Positions 1 through 12,569 of a stretch of 64,000 nt of DNA are shown piece by piece; the stretch's first letter is position 1, and each line of letters starts with the position of its first letter. Source of the stretch: Octopus sinensis (lineage: Eukaryota); NCBI RefSeq assembly GCF_006345805.1, contig NC_043001.1, positions 74,400,001-74,464,000 on the forward strand, read 5' to 3'. The notes beneath the pieces were generated by a model that did not search any database, was not told where the DNA came from, and worked only from the letters and a program-made list of their open reading frames with translations. The position numbers were made by a program, and so were the translations under genes.

Positions 1-586
1 GTGTGTGTGTGTGTGTGTGTGTGTGTGTATTCTTGTGTGTGTTATAATTTTTACCAGCAGTGTGGCCTTCCCTTCAGCCCAATCATCTCACCCCACTGTG
101 CTGCTGTTGTCTTAAGATCCGAAACAAACAAAAAAAAAAAAAATGGTACAGTTCCTGTATTCCTCTGTGTATGTGTGCTCGCCCACGGTATTGCCATCGT
201 GGCAGTTGTTGTTATTGCCATCGTTGGCACCGCCGTTGCTGCTGATGTTGTTAGTTGTGTTGTTGACATTGTTATAACCGTCCATGAAATTTCATGTGTG
301 TGTGTTTGTGTGTGTATGGGTTCGATTCGTATGTAGTATGTATCCACACAAGCACACGCACACACACGCACACATACATACACACACGAAAGATTTCCGG
401 ACAATGGACATAAATTAAAATAATAAAATAAGAACAGTAATTAACGAGTGAAGACAAAATATATAGTGCGTGTGTTTATTTGGCAAAAAGAAAAAAAATG
501 ACCGTCCCGAAATAGAACAATATCTGTTTCAAAGCACGATTTCATATCAGGAATCTTGAAAAACGAATTGATAAACATATATATGC

Positions 587-631
<45 letters not shown>

Positions 632-724
632 ATAATAATAAGGAGTATAACTCCAAACTTACAGGGAAAAAATTCAATTTAGTATTAAATCAAATTTCAC
701 AATATAAATATATGATATATATAA

Positions 725-966
725 ATTAGAGAAACACTATTATAATGCAATTCAAACAATGATAGACATAACCAAATCATAAATAAAATATATTTTAAAA
801 CATATAACTAGATCACTTATTATATTTTATATATTTATTATATATTGTTTATTCATTATTGTACTTTTGTGATCCAGTTATATGTTTTAAAATATATTTA
901 TTTTTTATTATGATTTGGTTTATGTATATCATTGTTTGAATTGCATAATAGTGGTTTTTCTCTAAT
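725..966. repeat. Imperfect inverted repeat (arms 725-816 and 869-966, ~50-nt AT spacer), MITE- or foldback-like
   Basis: aatgcaattcaaacaatgata / tatcattgtttgaattgcata and tattttaaaacatataact / agttatatgttttaaaata are reverse complements. Confidence 0.85.
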
Positions 967-1000
967 ATATATATATATATTATATATATATATATATATA

Positions 1001-1229
<229 letters not shown>

Positions 1230-2092
1230 ATATATGTATATATATGTGTAAGTATGTATGTATGCATATATATATATTCATACACACGCACACACACACA
1301 CACAGAGGTTACTTATATAGGTTGTCTCAGAATTAACTATTTCAATAAAATCGGGCGAATTTTCAGGAGTTATTTCCTGCACTGCTGACTTTATGCGTTC
1401 TTTAAGTTAAAAACTATTGCTAAACTATTGTTCCATCTTAGGGTTGGAGATCTAGTAAATGATTGCAGCCAAATGAAAAAAAAATACTGTGGGGAAACCA
1501 ACAGGAATGGAAATTAAATTATATATAAAAAATAAAAATTATAGACAACATAAAAAAATCTATACACTTATAATACATATGAAACATGATGCACATAAAG
1601 AAAAGCGAGTTTTTAAAAAAAAATTGTCTGATTTCACTGAAATAGATAGTTAATTCTGGAGCTCCCTGTATATAGGAAAGTGAGGCGGCATCTTGAATAA
1701 CAACGTCAAAATTCTTTGTCTGGGTGTCAAAATATTAAAAAAAAAACAAAACTCATTTAGTTGTTCTTCATTGTTATTTATAATAATTATAATGATGGAC
1801 TCTCCCATCGAAGACGACGACTGAGCATTCAGCTTTTGCTGAACCTCCTGTACAAATGATTTGTTTATAGCGATCTAATGTATGTGCCGTACACTAGTTC
1901 ACTCCTTCCGTCAAATCGACGTTGCCTGAACAGGTGTACGGTGTACTTCGCGTTAGGTGTCGAAGTGATCGTAGAGCAATATGAGATGAAGTGTTTTGCT
2001 CAAGAACACAACGCACAACTCGGTCTAAGAATTGAAATCACGATCGCTAGCTCGGGAGTTCAACACCTCTAACCACTGGGCTATGCGCCCTC

Positions 2093-2133
<41 letters not shown>

Positions 2134-3318
2134 CCTTGAATTTTGTGGGAGGGGACTAGTCGATTACAGCGAATCCAGTGTTTCTCTGGTACTCTATTTA
2201 AATTTTATTTTAAATTTGCCATAAAGGCAGTACATAGAGTAAAATAGCTTTGTGGGCTGGACACGGATATAAATAAGATGAATGATAATGATACAAGGAT
2301 GATAAGGATGGGAGAAGACATTAAGTACCAGTGTTTCTCTGGCACTTAATGTATCGACCCCAAAAGGATGAAAGGCAAAGTTGACCTCGGCGGAATTTGA
2401 ACGTAGTGATGGGTGAAATACCGCTAAGCATTTCGTCCAAAGTGCTAACGATTCTGCCAACTCGCCGCCTTACGATAATAATAATAATAATAATAGTAGT
2501 AGTAGTAGTTTTTATCGACCCCGAAAGGATGAAAGACAAAGTCGACCTCAGCGGAATTTGAACTCAGATTGTGAAGATGGGTGAAATGCCGTCAAGCATT
2601 TTGTCGGGTGTGCTAACGATTCTCCCAGTTCACCGCCTTGCAATAGTGATAATATTTTTATCGACCCCGAAAGGATGAAAGGCAAAGTCGACGGCAAAGA
2701 ACGTAATAAGGATTTCAGATTTTGGCACGTAACCAGCAGTTTTTTTAGGAGGTATAATTCGATTACATCGACCTCAATTCTCAACTGATACATACTTCAT
2801 CGATTCCGAAAGGCGAAGTCGGCCTCGGCGGTATTTGAACTCGTAACGTAAGGAGCTGGGGAGAAATATCGATATTTGTGTGTAACGTGATTATTGTTGT
2901 ATAAAACGTGGAAATGTATAAAAGTCACTCTTAATTATGGTAATGAAATTCCGGAAAGAATATCTCTTGGCCTGTAATACTCACATTTAGCATTACGGTG
3001 TATGTTAAAAGGATTGATTTGTCGGATTTATTATAATTGCTGTATAAAATACATTCAAAAAGTTCACGGGTCCTAATCAAAAAGAAAATTGGAATTAATG
3101 CACCTGCCGTAAAGTCAACAGTGTGGAAATCATTCGATTTCATTTTTTCACGAGAAATGTGTGTACATGGCTTTGTGCGTATATATGAATACACACACAC
3201 ACATATGAATTGTGTATATATACGCATATATGCATTTATATATTTCAATATACACATGCATATATATATATATAAATACACACACACACACAGATATATG
3301 TATATATATATATATAAT

Positions 3319-3642
3319 ATATAAAATATTATTCGAGACAAACCACTATTTTGCAAAACAAACAAGGAAAGACTTAATCAATACATAAAATTTTAATAAA
3401 TAGTCAAAAAAACCGCCACTACAATCGTTTCTTGTCTTGATCGACAATCTTCAGGTGGACTTCCAATAATTCAGTGTCAAATTTGACACTGAATTATTGG
3501 AAGTCCACCTGAAGATTGTCGATCAAGACAAGAACGATTGTAGTGGCGGTTTTTTTGACTATTTATTAAATTTTATGTATTGATTAAGTCTTTCCTTGTT
3601 TGTTTTGCAAAATAGTGGTTTTGTCTCGAATAATATTTTATA
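3319..3642. repeat. Near-perfect spacerless palindrome, ~160-bp arms
   Basis: Centre gtcaaa|tttgac at 3481/3482; by eye the arms differ only by three 1-nt homopolymer indels. Confidence 0.95.
3416..3458 (-). ncRNA. Minimal type I hammerhead ribozyme motif (Penelope-like/retrozyme type)
   Basis: Minus strand reads CCAC-CTGAAGA-TTGTC(GATCAA)GACAA-GAAA-C(GATT)G-TA-GTGG. Stem I 4 bp, intact CUGANGA and GAAA core, stem II 5 bp, 2-bp stem III, GUA cleavage triplet. The mirror copy on + (3505-3546) has GAA instead of GAAA. Confidence 0.7.
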
Positions 3643-3715
3643 ATATTTTACTATAAAATCGATTTAATCATTAATCTGATTTTTTCCCTGTAAATTTGGA
3701 TTTATTCCCTAATAT

Positions 3716-3775
<60 letters not shown>

Positions 3776-3843
3776 GATATATATATATATATCAGTATGT
3801 AGATATGTGTATGTACATATATAAATGTATGTGTATAGATGTG

Positions 3844-3882
<39 letters not shown>

Positions 3883-3987
3883 CATATACGTATATGGGTG
3901 TGGTAGGCGTCTATATAAATATTTACATTTACGCACGTATATGTATAGATATACATATGTATATGCATGTGTATATGTATTTGCATA

Positions 3988-4022
<35 letters not shown>

Positions 4023-4791
4023 GCGCGTGTATAGACTTGCATATATGTGTGTGTATGTATATCTGTATCTTTATTCACTTTTATTGACACAAGTGTTTCA
4101 GTGTCGAGGGTTTCGTGCAGTGTGCTTATCAAACTAAGTCATTAAATTTTAAATTCACTTTTTATAGTGATGAATTACTATTTCATCCGGAAACATCGAT
4201 CAAAACTTATTGGAATGCTACGTGATATTCAATAAATTTCAAAATTTGCGAGTTAAATTAAAGGGAGAGAAACCGAAAATGAATAAAATTTAGTGCAACC
4301 AGACCGTATAAGCACACACCTAAGAATATATGCGGTTGCGCAAGATAAAAACACAAATAAATACTTATACATGTAAAATATGAAGGGAGACATGACTATA
4401 TTTTCAGATTAGATCGCATGCATAATCATGTATGTACGTATACATATTGCATAAATACAAATTCTTACATATGCGCATCTTCATACATAAACATATACAT
4501 GTATTTATTCCTTTGCAAACATATTCTCCCATATACGTGTTTTACACACAATTATATTTTCAGATACATATAAAGAAACTGTATACTGTATGTGAAGGGG
4601 CAGATTTAGAGGGGTGGAATTTAAGGTGTTCATTAACTGTCCAAAAATAAAATTTGATTAAATAAAAAGCAAAGTTGCAGCGTTCCAAGGAAACTATTGC
4701 ACATATATACAGTCGAGGTATGTAAATGTGGTAACGCAAACCCATTTAATTGCTCATATATATAATCTGTGTGTTGTATGTGTGTGTGTGC

Positions 4792-4854
<63 letters not shown>

Positions 4855-5022
4855 TGTATAAACACTCTCACTTCGACGAATAAGTATTCAGAGAAATAAC
4901 TATAGATACAAGTACATATCTCCAAATGCATATCTATAAGTACGCATATACAAATGTAAGCACGTTTACATACTCTAATCGATCGTTCAATCAATCAATA
5001 TCGCCCCCCCTCTCTCTCTCTT

Positions 5023-5107
<85 letters not shown>

Positions 5108-5733
5108 GCCTCCCTCCCCTCGTTGGTTTATGCTAGATGATTGAGAGAAGATTGCTTCAAATATGTTGTTGAGAACAGGCTTTTTAAAATTGAAATTTAC
5201 TGTCTCATGTCACTGCGATCTTCAAGCGAGAATTGTTACTTGTTATTGGCGTTGTATGTTCATCCATTGGTGTGTGTATACGTATATCTGTGTATCTGCG
5301 TATGTATGTGTGTGGGTATGTGTGCCTGTGGACTTACCATTGCCGAATGGTTAAGGAATTCGTTTCGTACTCATGAAGTCTCTCTTTCAAACCCACAAGT
5401 CTGCATCTTAGGGAAGTATATCATTCAGAATAGTCTGCTGTCGATCTGAGTCTTGCAAGTGAAATTAGGTAGATGAAAACTGTGGAAACCCGTTGAATGG
5501 ACTGTACCACTAATTTACAGGTTCATCTTTGTCACGCTAAATCAGTAGATTGAATACCTGAATACTCATCAACAACCGACGGAGATCCATTATTATTTCC
5601 TTTTCGTCCTTTCGAGGATCAATAAAATATGTAGCAGTTCAACACTGGGGTCGATATAATCGACTAGCTCTCTTGCCCCCAAAATATCAGGCTTTGTGCT
5701 TATAGTATTATTATTATTATTATTATTATTATT

Positions 5734-6284
5734 GAGTGAGAGAGCAGTGCATGCCATCAAAGTGACACTGAGGTAAAATATACGAAGCCCAGTATACCCA
5801 TCAGGACTACCCGTCTGATAAGGGTACACCAGGCACATGCATCACAATCATATGTGTGCGACATGGTGATCTCATATCAAGATAAACAGCAATGACCTTG
5901 CAGATGGGGCCCAGTTCAAATTTTCTTCTGGTCGAGTAACCCATCCCACTCTAAAGGTCTCTGAATAAGGGTTGTTTAAGGATGCTGAACGAAACACCCA
6001 TGTTTCCAGAGGGGAATTATTCAAACTCCAAAGAATCCCTCTCAACACATGGGTATGTTGCTCCCCCACTACTTCTGCTTGTGGTCAGTGATGCACATAT
6101 CGTCGGCCACTAAGGGACATGCTCAACTGGTTAAGGTCAAACAACTGACAAGCAAATCTGTGGCATTGAGCAGAATATTTGCTGTAGCCCATCTTTTATA
6201 CCAAGAAAAAACAATGTACATGATAACACTTCCAATCAGTTAAGATAGGAGCCACGAGAGCCACTGCCTGGTACTGCATCAGGG

Positions 6285-6287
<3 letters not shown>
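5734..6287. mobile_element. ~550-bp non-autonomous element embedded in (ATT)n; second copy 46955-47414, fragment ~44880-44990
   Basis: gcagtgcatgccatcaaagtg ... ccctgaataagggttgtttaagga ... cagaatatttgctgtagcccatc shared between copies. Confidence 0.75.
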
Positions 6288-6316
<29 letters not shown>

Positions 6317-6317
<1 letters not shown>

Positions 6318-6694
6318 CTCTCTCTATATAAACGGCAGTTTGTCTGTGTGTGTTTCTGTGTGTCTGTTAGGTTGTACCCTCACCCTGACCACGGCTTTCA
6401 ACCGATTCTGATGAAACTTGACACACACATAGCCCAATGTCATAATTCAAAACTAACGCAGCGAAAATTTTGAAAAGTTCCCCCAGTTCTGAAAAAAATC
6501 GATAAATTCGACATGGGGTCGAGAATCAGAAACACAAACTGTCTAGGGGACGCAACTCGACCTTTTTTAACTCTCAAAAAAAATTTACCATCATTTTTTT
6601 TCCATTTTTTTGCTATTTTTTGGCTATAACTCTCTAAAAACGCTTTATAGTTATTTCCCTTACAAACCTGAGCAACGCCGGGCGATACTGCTAG
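6317..6694 (+). mobile_element. Non-autonomous Helitron
   Basis: 5' TC terminus, 3' CTAG preceded by a GC-rich hairpin-like motif (cctgagcaacgccggg), inserted at A|T within (ATT)n, no TSD. Confidence 0.75.
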
Positions 6695-7559
6695 TTATTA
6701 ATATTATTCACACGAATGTTTTACATTCGGAATCTATCTCCTTGATATCGAGGACCTTTCTTACAATCCCTTGTTGATACCAACGGAGAGTTAATGCAAC
6801 TATCGTGGTTACACCAATCTCAATAAAGTAGTTGTTATGTCTGTTGGTGATGGTACCTAGGACATATTATTATTATTATTATTAATTATTATTATTATTA
6901 TTTTTAAAATTCGGAATCTGTATTCCTGTTTGTGCGTATGGAGAATTTGCAAAAACAATCCATTGTAGTGTTAAAATGTTTGGACAAATATACTTAAACA
7001 TTCGAACCTTTTGTTTTAAATAACTTGCAGTATATTTCTAAGCTTCGAATCACTGAACAGTTGAGTATGTTGTTAAATTTATGAAAACGGTAAAGAAATT
7101 TCTTACCATTCATGAAAGTGGGGACTGACAGTTCTCGAAAAGAGAGTGAAAAGGCCAGTGGAATGGCACAATAAGAAATTTTTAGAGTAGTGTAAACAAA
7201 ACAAATCGAGGCGATATCGATAGTGAATGCAAAAAGAAACGAAAAGCAGATTTAAAGAAAAAGACGTGATCAAAGGAAAGAGAGGAAAGAGCAGTATATA
7301 AAACATGAAAACTTGTTACTGATAATGAGAGAAGGAAAGGTTTGTCGCATTCATCTGAGTCACGCTGTTTTACTGTATGCACATGTGTGTTGCTTGTTTT
7401 CTGCTGTCATATTTTTATTTACATTCAGAATTTTGAGAAAACGTGAGAGAACTGACGAGGTTGGACAGAAAGTCTTGTTGCATTTCAACATACAAAAAAA
7501 GCAAATGCATTTTTTGAGTCTTAATTGATATATTTAATCAAAATAATATTTCCTCTCAT

Positions 7560-8380
7560 TCTTGGTAAATATAACCCCATCTATTTGGCAAATTCTTGAT
7601 ACCCCGAACGTTAAATTCTGTAGGTTTCGAAGAAAAGCACAGACCCCACCACCGCAATATCATTTTAATCTCTTCACAATAATAATAAAAAAAACCTTGT
7701 TTTTCTCTAAATAATGTTGCAATCATCTTGTCAGGTGAAGCAAGGTCAAGAGAGTTAGGAAGATGACAAAAAAAAAATTTCCATATTAGTGCCATAATCT
7801 TTTCCTTGCATTATCGCATAAGAGCAACATTCCTTTACGCTTGACCAATAATGGGAGCTTTTCCTGAAACTTTTTGGTTTAACACTTCATGAGAGGCGAT
7901 ACAATTCATATATATCCCCAACAACCAGATCATAGCTTTTTCGGGTGTAGTCCTGGTTTGGGGGTGGATTCTCTTTTATCAGTGAATGCTAACGAGTGTC
8001 GTTTACGTTGGATACGATTGTAGAGAACTCACTTTTCACCACTTTTCTACCAGGAAAGGTTAGGTTGCAAACATACTCTTTAATGACGACCAGAGGGTAA
8101 TTCTTTGGTTGTGCTGAGTAGCAGTCAGATAACGAGAGATCAATGACCAAGTTTTCACACTGTTCCTAGTTCATGGAGGTGTTTCATGATCGAACTGCGA
8201 CTTGAAATGAACTGGTTTTGCTAATTCTTGTGTAATTGGCTTAGGGCTTTCTTCAACTACGGTTTTCAGAACTTGGTCGTCTGGATTGAGGGAAATACGC
8301 GAGGGAAAAATTTCCCAAGCGAAACTAGCCAAACCATCATTGGCATGCCCGGACACTTAAAACATCATTTCTATACACAG
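7560..8380 (-). mobile_element. Mariner transposase remnant
   Basis: Fragments resemble the HTH (DDQVLKTVVEESPK), (D)EKWVLY (here GEK*VLY), KPGLHPKK, RKGMLLLCDNAR (HDNARP) and LPNSLDLASPD (PYSPDLAPSD) motifs. Confidence 0.75.
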
Positions 8381-9025
8381 AACAAATATTTCTTACCGCA
8401 TCCTTTGCTGAAGAGAACCATTCGAATTTATACTGTATGCAGTGTCTGATATGGGTCTGATCGTTACTTATTTCAAAAGAGAAAATCGATACGATGGTAT
8501 AAAGTAATCTGCAAAAAAATAAGAAAACACTAAAATTAATGCTTTCTGTTTCTTATTAATAAAAAAATTAAGGCTTATTTTATCGTAGTTATTGAAAATG
8601 TACCCCAAAGTGATCGTGTCGAAAATGCGAAAGGACCCATTTCTCAACCTAATATATATCTTTTCTTTTACTTGTTTCAGTCATTGGACTGCGGCCATGC
8701 TGGGGTACCGCCTTGAAGAATTTTAATCGCACGAATCGGCCCAGTACTTATTGTTTTTAAGCTTTGTACTTATTTTATCGGTCTCTTGCCGAACCGCTAT
8801 GTTACGGGGGCGTAAACACACCAACACTTGTTGTCAAACGGTGGTTGGGATAAACACAAAAGCCCACACGCATACTCACCCCATGACGAGCTTTTTTCAG
8901 TTTCTGCCTACCAAAACCACTCACAGGGCTTTGATCTACTTGAGGCCTCAGTGGAAGGCACTTAACCAAGGTATCACGCAGTGGAACTGAACTCGAAAAA
9001 CATGGCTGGTTGTGATCATTGCAAA

Positions 9026-9475
9026 AGGATTCATACTCATTGCAAAAGATGTCGATTGTTGTATGATGGTCAGTAATGCAATGGGAGTTATTTGTAAGGA
9101 GAGCAGTATTACTTTCTGTCTTGTAGATCATTGTCTTCAGCATCAGTTTCAAAGTTGAAGAACTTTCCTAAATATTTTTGATGCAACTCAGAGTAGGAAC
9201 TGAATTCGCTGTAAACTCCTCTGGTAATGTTTATGTAAAGTTGACAATTAGGATCGTTATAAGCAGTGTTGAGTTAGTGGAGCTTCTGTATTCTCTATTT
9301 CATCTGCAGTTCACCCTTGTTCTATTAGCATTTACTTTTCATCTGACAAAGTTTCCCTATAGGATGATAGCAGCTTGACCGTAGCATATTTTACAACTTA
9401 TTTAAATTCTTAATGATTTATACGTGCCATAATATCTTTCTGGATTTGATGTCAACTTTTTAGTGATGAAAAACT
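9026..9475 (-). repeat. Direct duplicate of the pogo 3' part at 18572-19021
   Basis: ~450 bp with about a dozen differences by eye (~97% identity). Confidence 0.95.
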
Positions 9476-9482
9476 AAAGCTT

Positions 9483-9602
9483 TTGCTTACAGCATCTAGG
9501 TTTCCTAAGCAGTCAGCCATTTAAGTACTGACTAGACTCGACGTTGCTTAAATTCGGTGGTCAGACGAGAACCGATATCGTGAACGTGATATGGCCATGT
9601 AT
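9483..9602 (-). pseudogene. 5S rRNA pseudogene
   Basis: Minus strand GGCCATATCACGTT...CGGTTCTCGTCTGACCACCGAATTTAAGCAACGTCG...AGTACTTAAATGGCTGACTGC...GATGCTGTAAGC follows metazoan 5S over ~120 nt; solitary copy with a degenerate box C region. Confidence 0.85.
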
Positions 9603-10129
9603 ATAAAATGTGTGTGTGTGATATGGCTAATCCCTTAATCGCAAGCGAGTAGCTTGTACAACCCTTTCGCTAAATGCTTTAGGTTCCTATGTTGTTAAAA
9701 GGGTTACAATTACGCTCTCAGCTCTTCAAACCCTTGATCCAGCGAAACAGCGCGAGTGTCACAGCTGGAAGGAGAGAGAAGAAAGCTGCACCAGCACTTC
9801 GCTTGTATCCATTTCCATTTACTTAGAATGGAGTTATGTGAAATGTTGTGCCTTTCTGAAAGACACAATGCTCGCCTGATTCGGCAACGCTCCTTCTATA
9901 TAAGATATACATATATATGTAACGGCAAGTAAGAAATTTCTATATAAGAAATTGATAACAGGATTTATTCTTTGTAAGCATAGTACTCATTCTATCGGTG
10001 TGTTTTGCAAATGGCTAAGTTATGGGGACGTAAACACAGCAACATCGGTAGTCAAGTGATGGTGGAGGTACAAATACAGACACAGAAACACAAACATACG
10101 CACACACATATACGTATATAAATATATAT

Positions 10130-10181
<52 letters not shown>

Positions 10182-10220
10182 CATGGATATATAAATATGC
10201 ATAATTATATATCTATATAT

Positions 10221-10254
<34 letters not shown>

Positions 10255-10283
10255 CATACATGGATATATAAATATGCATAATA

Positions 10284-10335
<52 letters not shown>

Positions 10336-10409
10336 CATGGATATATAAATATGCATATTATATATCTATATATACATACATATATATATATATATTATAT
10401 ATATATATC

Positions 10410-10442
<33 letters not shown>

Positions 10443-10797
10443 GCATCTTTTCTTGCTGCCCAAGAAGTAAATTAATAGTTTACCTGTTACTTTTTACACA
10501 CCAGTGCAAGTCTGACCATGGGAATGATCGGAATGGCCTGGAATAAAACTGAATTTTCAATCTATTATTTTATATTCGTTATTTATTATGTCAATGTCTT
10601 GTCTGTGAGACAATGGAGAGGTCGAAGGTGGAAGCAGCCGTTAGATTGTACCCAGGACATTAGTTGGCATTAATCCAGACTTCAACACGGGCCATCTCGA
10701 CTTGCTCTGGATTTAGTAGTTTTTTTCTCCATTTATGTCTAAAATTACATTTACCTCTCAGCCGTTACTCTCTTACCACTCCATTTCTTCTAGTTCT

Positions 10798-10839
<42 letters not shown>

Positions 10840-11305
10840 TTTTCTTCAATTCTCTTTCCCCTCTTCACTTCCTTCAATTCTCTCTCTCTCTCTCTCTCAA
10901 TCTTTCTTCTCCCACCTCCTTCAAGTCTGTCTCTTTCTTTCGCTTTCATTTTCTCCCTTTCTTGAACCCTCTCTCGTTCGCCTTCGCCTTCTCCTCTTCC
11001 TTCAATTCTCTGTCTTTTGCCGAGAAGGACGGATAGTATTTATCTACACTGCATCTGATATATCGGATAATATCAACTATAATGTTATGTGTTATATTTG
11101 AGTGACATCCTATGTCAATCTTGTACCTATCTCTGACTCACATCATGTCTAATATCTCCAACGTCATTGTTACACCATGTGTTATGCTTCCTGCTTTTTA
11201 CTTACATCGCCTTTTATGTCACCGACTTCTAAGTGACATCATGTATTATAGGCCACCACACTGATTGTTCAACATTACACAGTATGTTACATAGTTCAGA
11301 AGCAC

Positions 11306-11367
<62 letters not shown>

Positions 11368-12569
11368 ATGTGCCTTTGTCTAATCTATTCGTCTCATACA
11401 GGGTCAATATTTGAAATCAGCACAAGTTAAAGAAATGTACCCGTCACAAACATTGTTCCTTTTACGCACATACGCACACGTACAGATCCTAGTCTGTGGG
11501 TAAGCTGTGATACGATGTGATCTTCCACAAGGCCTCCGACACTGGTGGAAGGGAGGAAGGATATTTCAAATCTGTAGGCCTAACGTGAATGCCTGCTGCA
11601 TAATAGACCCCTACCAAGGGACACAAAGTGCCAAGTGGTGGTGTTGGTGGTGTTAAACCGGGTGACGTATTAAGTCTATTGTTCAATTAATCCGTATCGG
11701 GATTTGAACTCGGAATAAAGATCAGGGGGCAAATATTACAAGACATACCAATCTATCACCTTAGATGGGCATATGTATTTTTGTTTTCTGGATAAAATCG
11801 CAAATTCAGGCTAAAATCGCAATCTGTGTATCCTACTTAATACAAATACATCGTAGAAAGTCGAACTGACCGCCATATTTGTCCGGAGATATCTCTTATA
11901 GCTATTCATAAAAGATATTATCTCCAGATAAATACTGCAGTTAATATGGATTTCTGTGATGTATTTGCATAAGTATGATACACAGATTACTATTTTAAAC
12001 TAATGCTGCTTTGTTATACATAAAGAATTTCTATTCAGCCAGCAGCCTAATTGTAACATCATTAACTATTCAATCACCGTTTTCTTGCACCTGAATTTCT
12101 AAAAGTCAGACGTAGACATTTAGAAGTGGACAGATGTTTTGTCTATATCTGAACATATCTCAGCTATGGTAAATTAGTGAATTTTGTTATCTAACAACAG
12201 ATGTCTTCCATATTGTAAACTGAAGAAGAAACAAAAACTCACTTATAGAACCATACAATAGTAGAATGAACCGACGATTGTGTGTTTATGTGGTAATTTG
12301 ATATGCTAGAAAGAGAAAACAAATATCCGTCATATTACAACATGCTCTCTTGAAAACAGGAAAAGCACCTTGAACAATACACTATGCTTGAAGAAGAAAA
12401 AAAAAGGGATCGGATGATCAAGTTAGGAAGGAAGGATTTTGTCATATTGTTCAGGCTTGACTTAGAACTAAAGATTAACTAACTAGCACAAACATAGAAA
12501 ATATCCTTGGCTATCAACAAAAGTTATGATCAGTAAATAAAATGGGACGAATCAGTGATATTTTAATAA

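Noticed and set aside
1-404. 111-117 aa ORFs with Val-rich or Thr-rich content (similar at 49621-49932 and 63469-63705)
   Set aside because: Translations of (TG)n and degenerate (GTT/GCT)n simple repeats; no domain and no consistent splice structure.
515-560. Hammerhead-like CTGATATGA...GAAAC on minus (and GTGATGA...GAAAC at ~4167-4195)
   Set aside because: Core nucleotides altered and stems not formable; at best decayed.
7101-7113. Minus-strand ATG AAT G|gtaaga as the first exon of a leftward gene
   Set aside because: No downstream minus-strand exons found in 1-7100.
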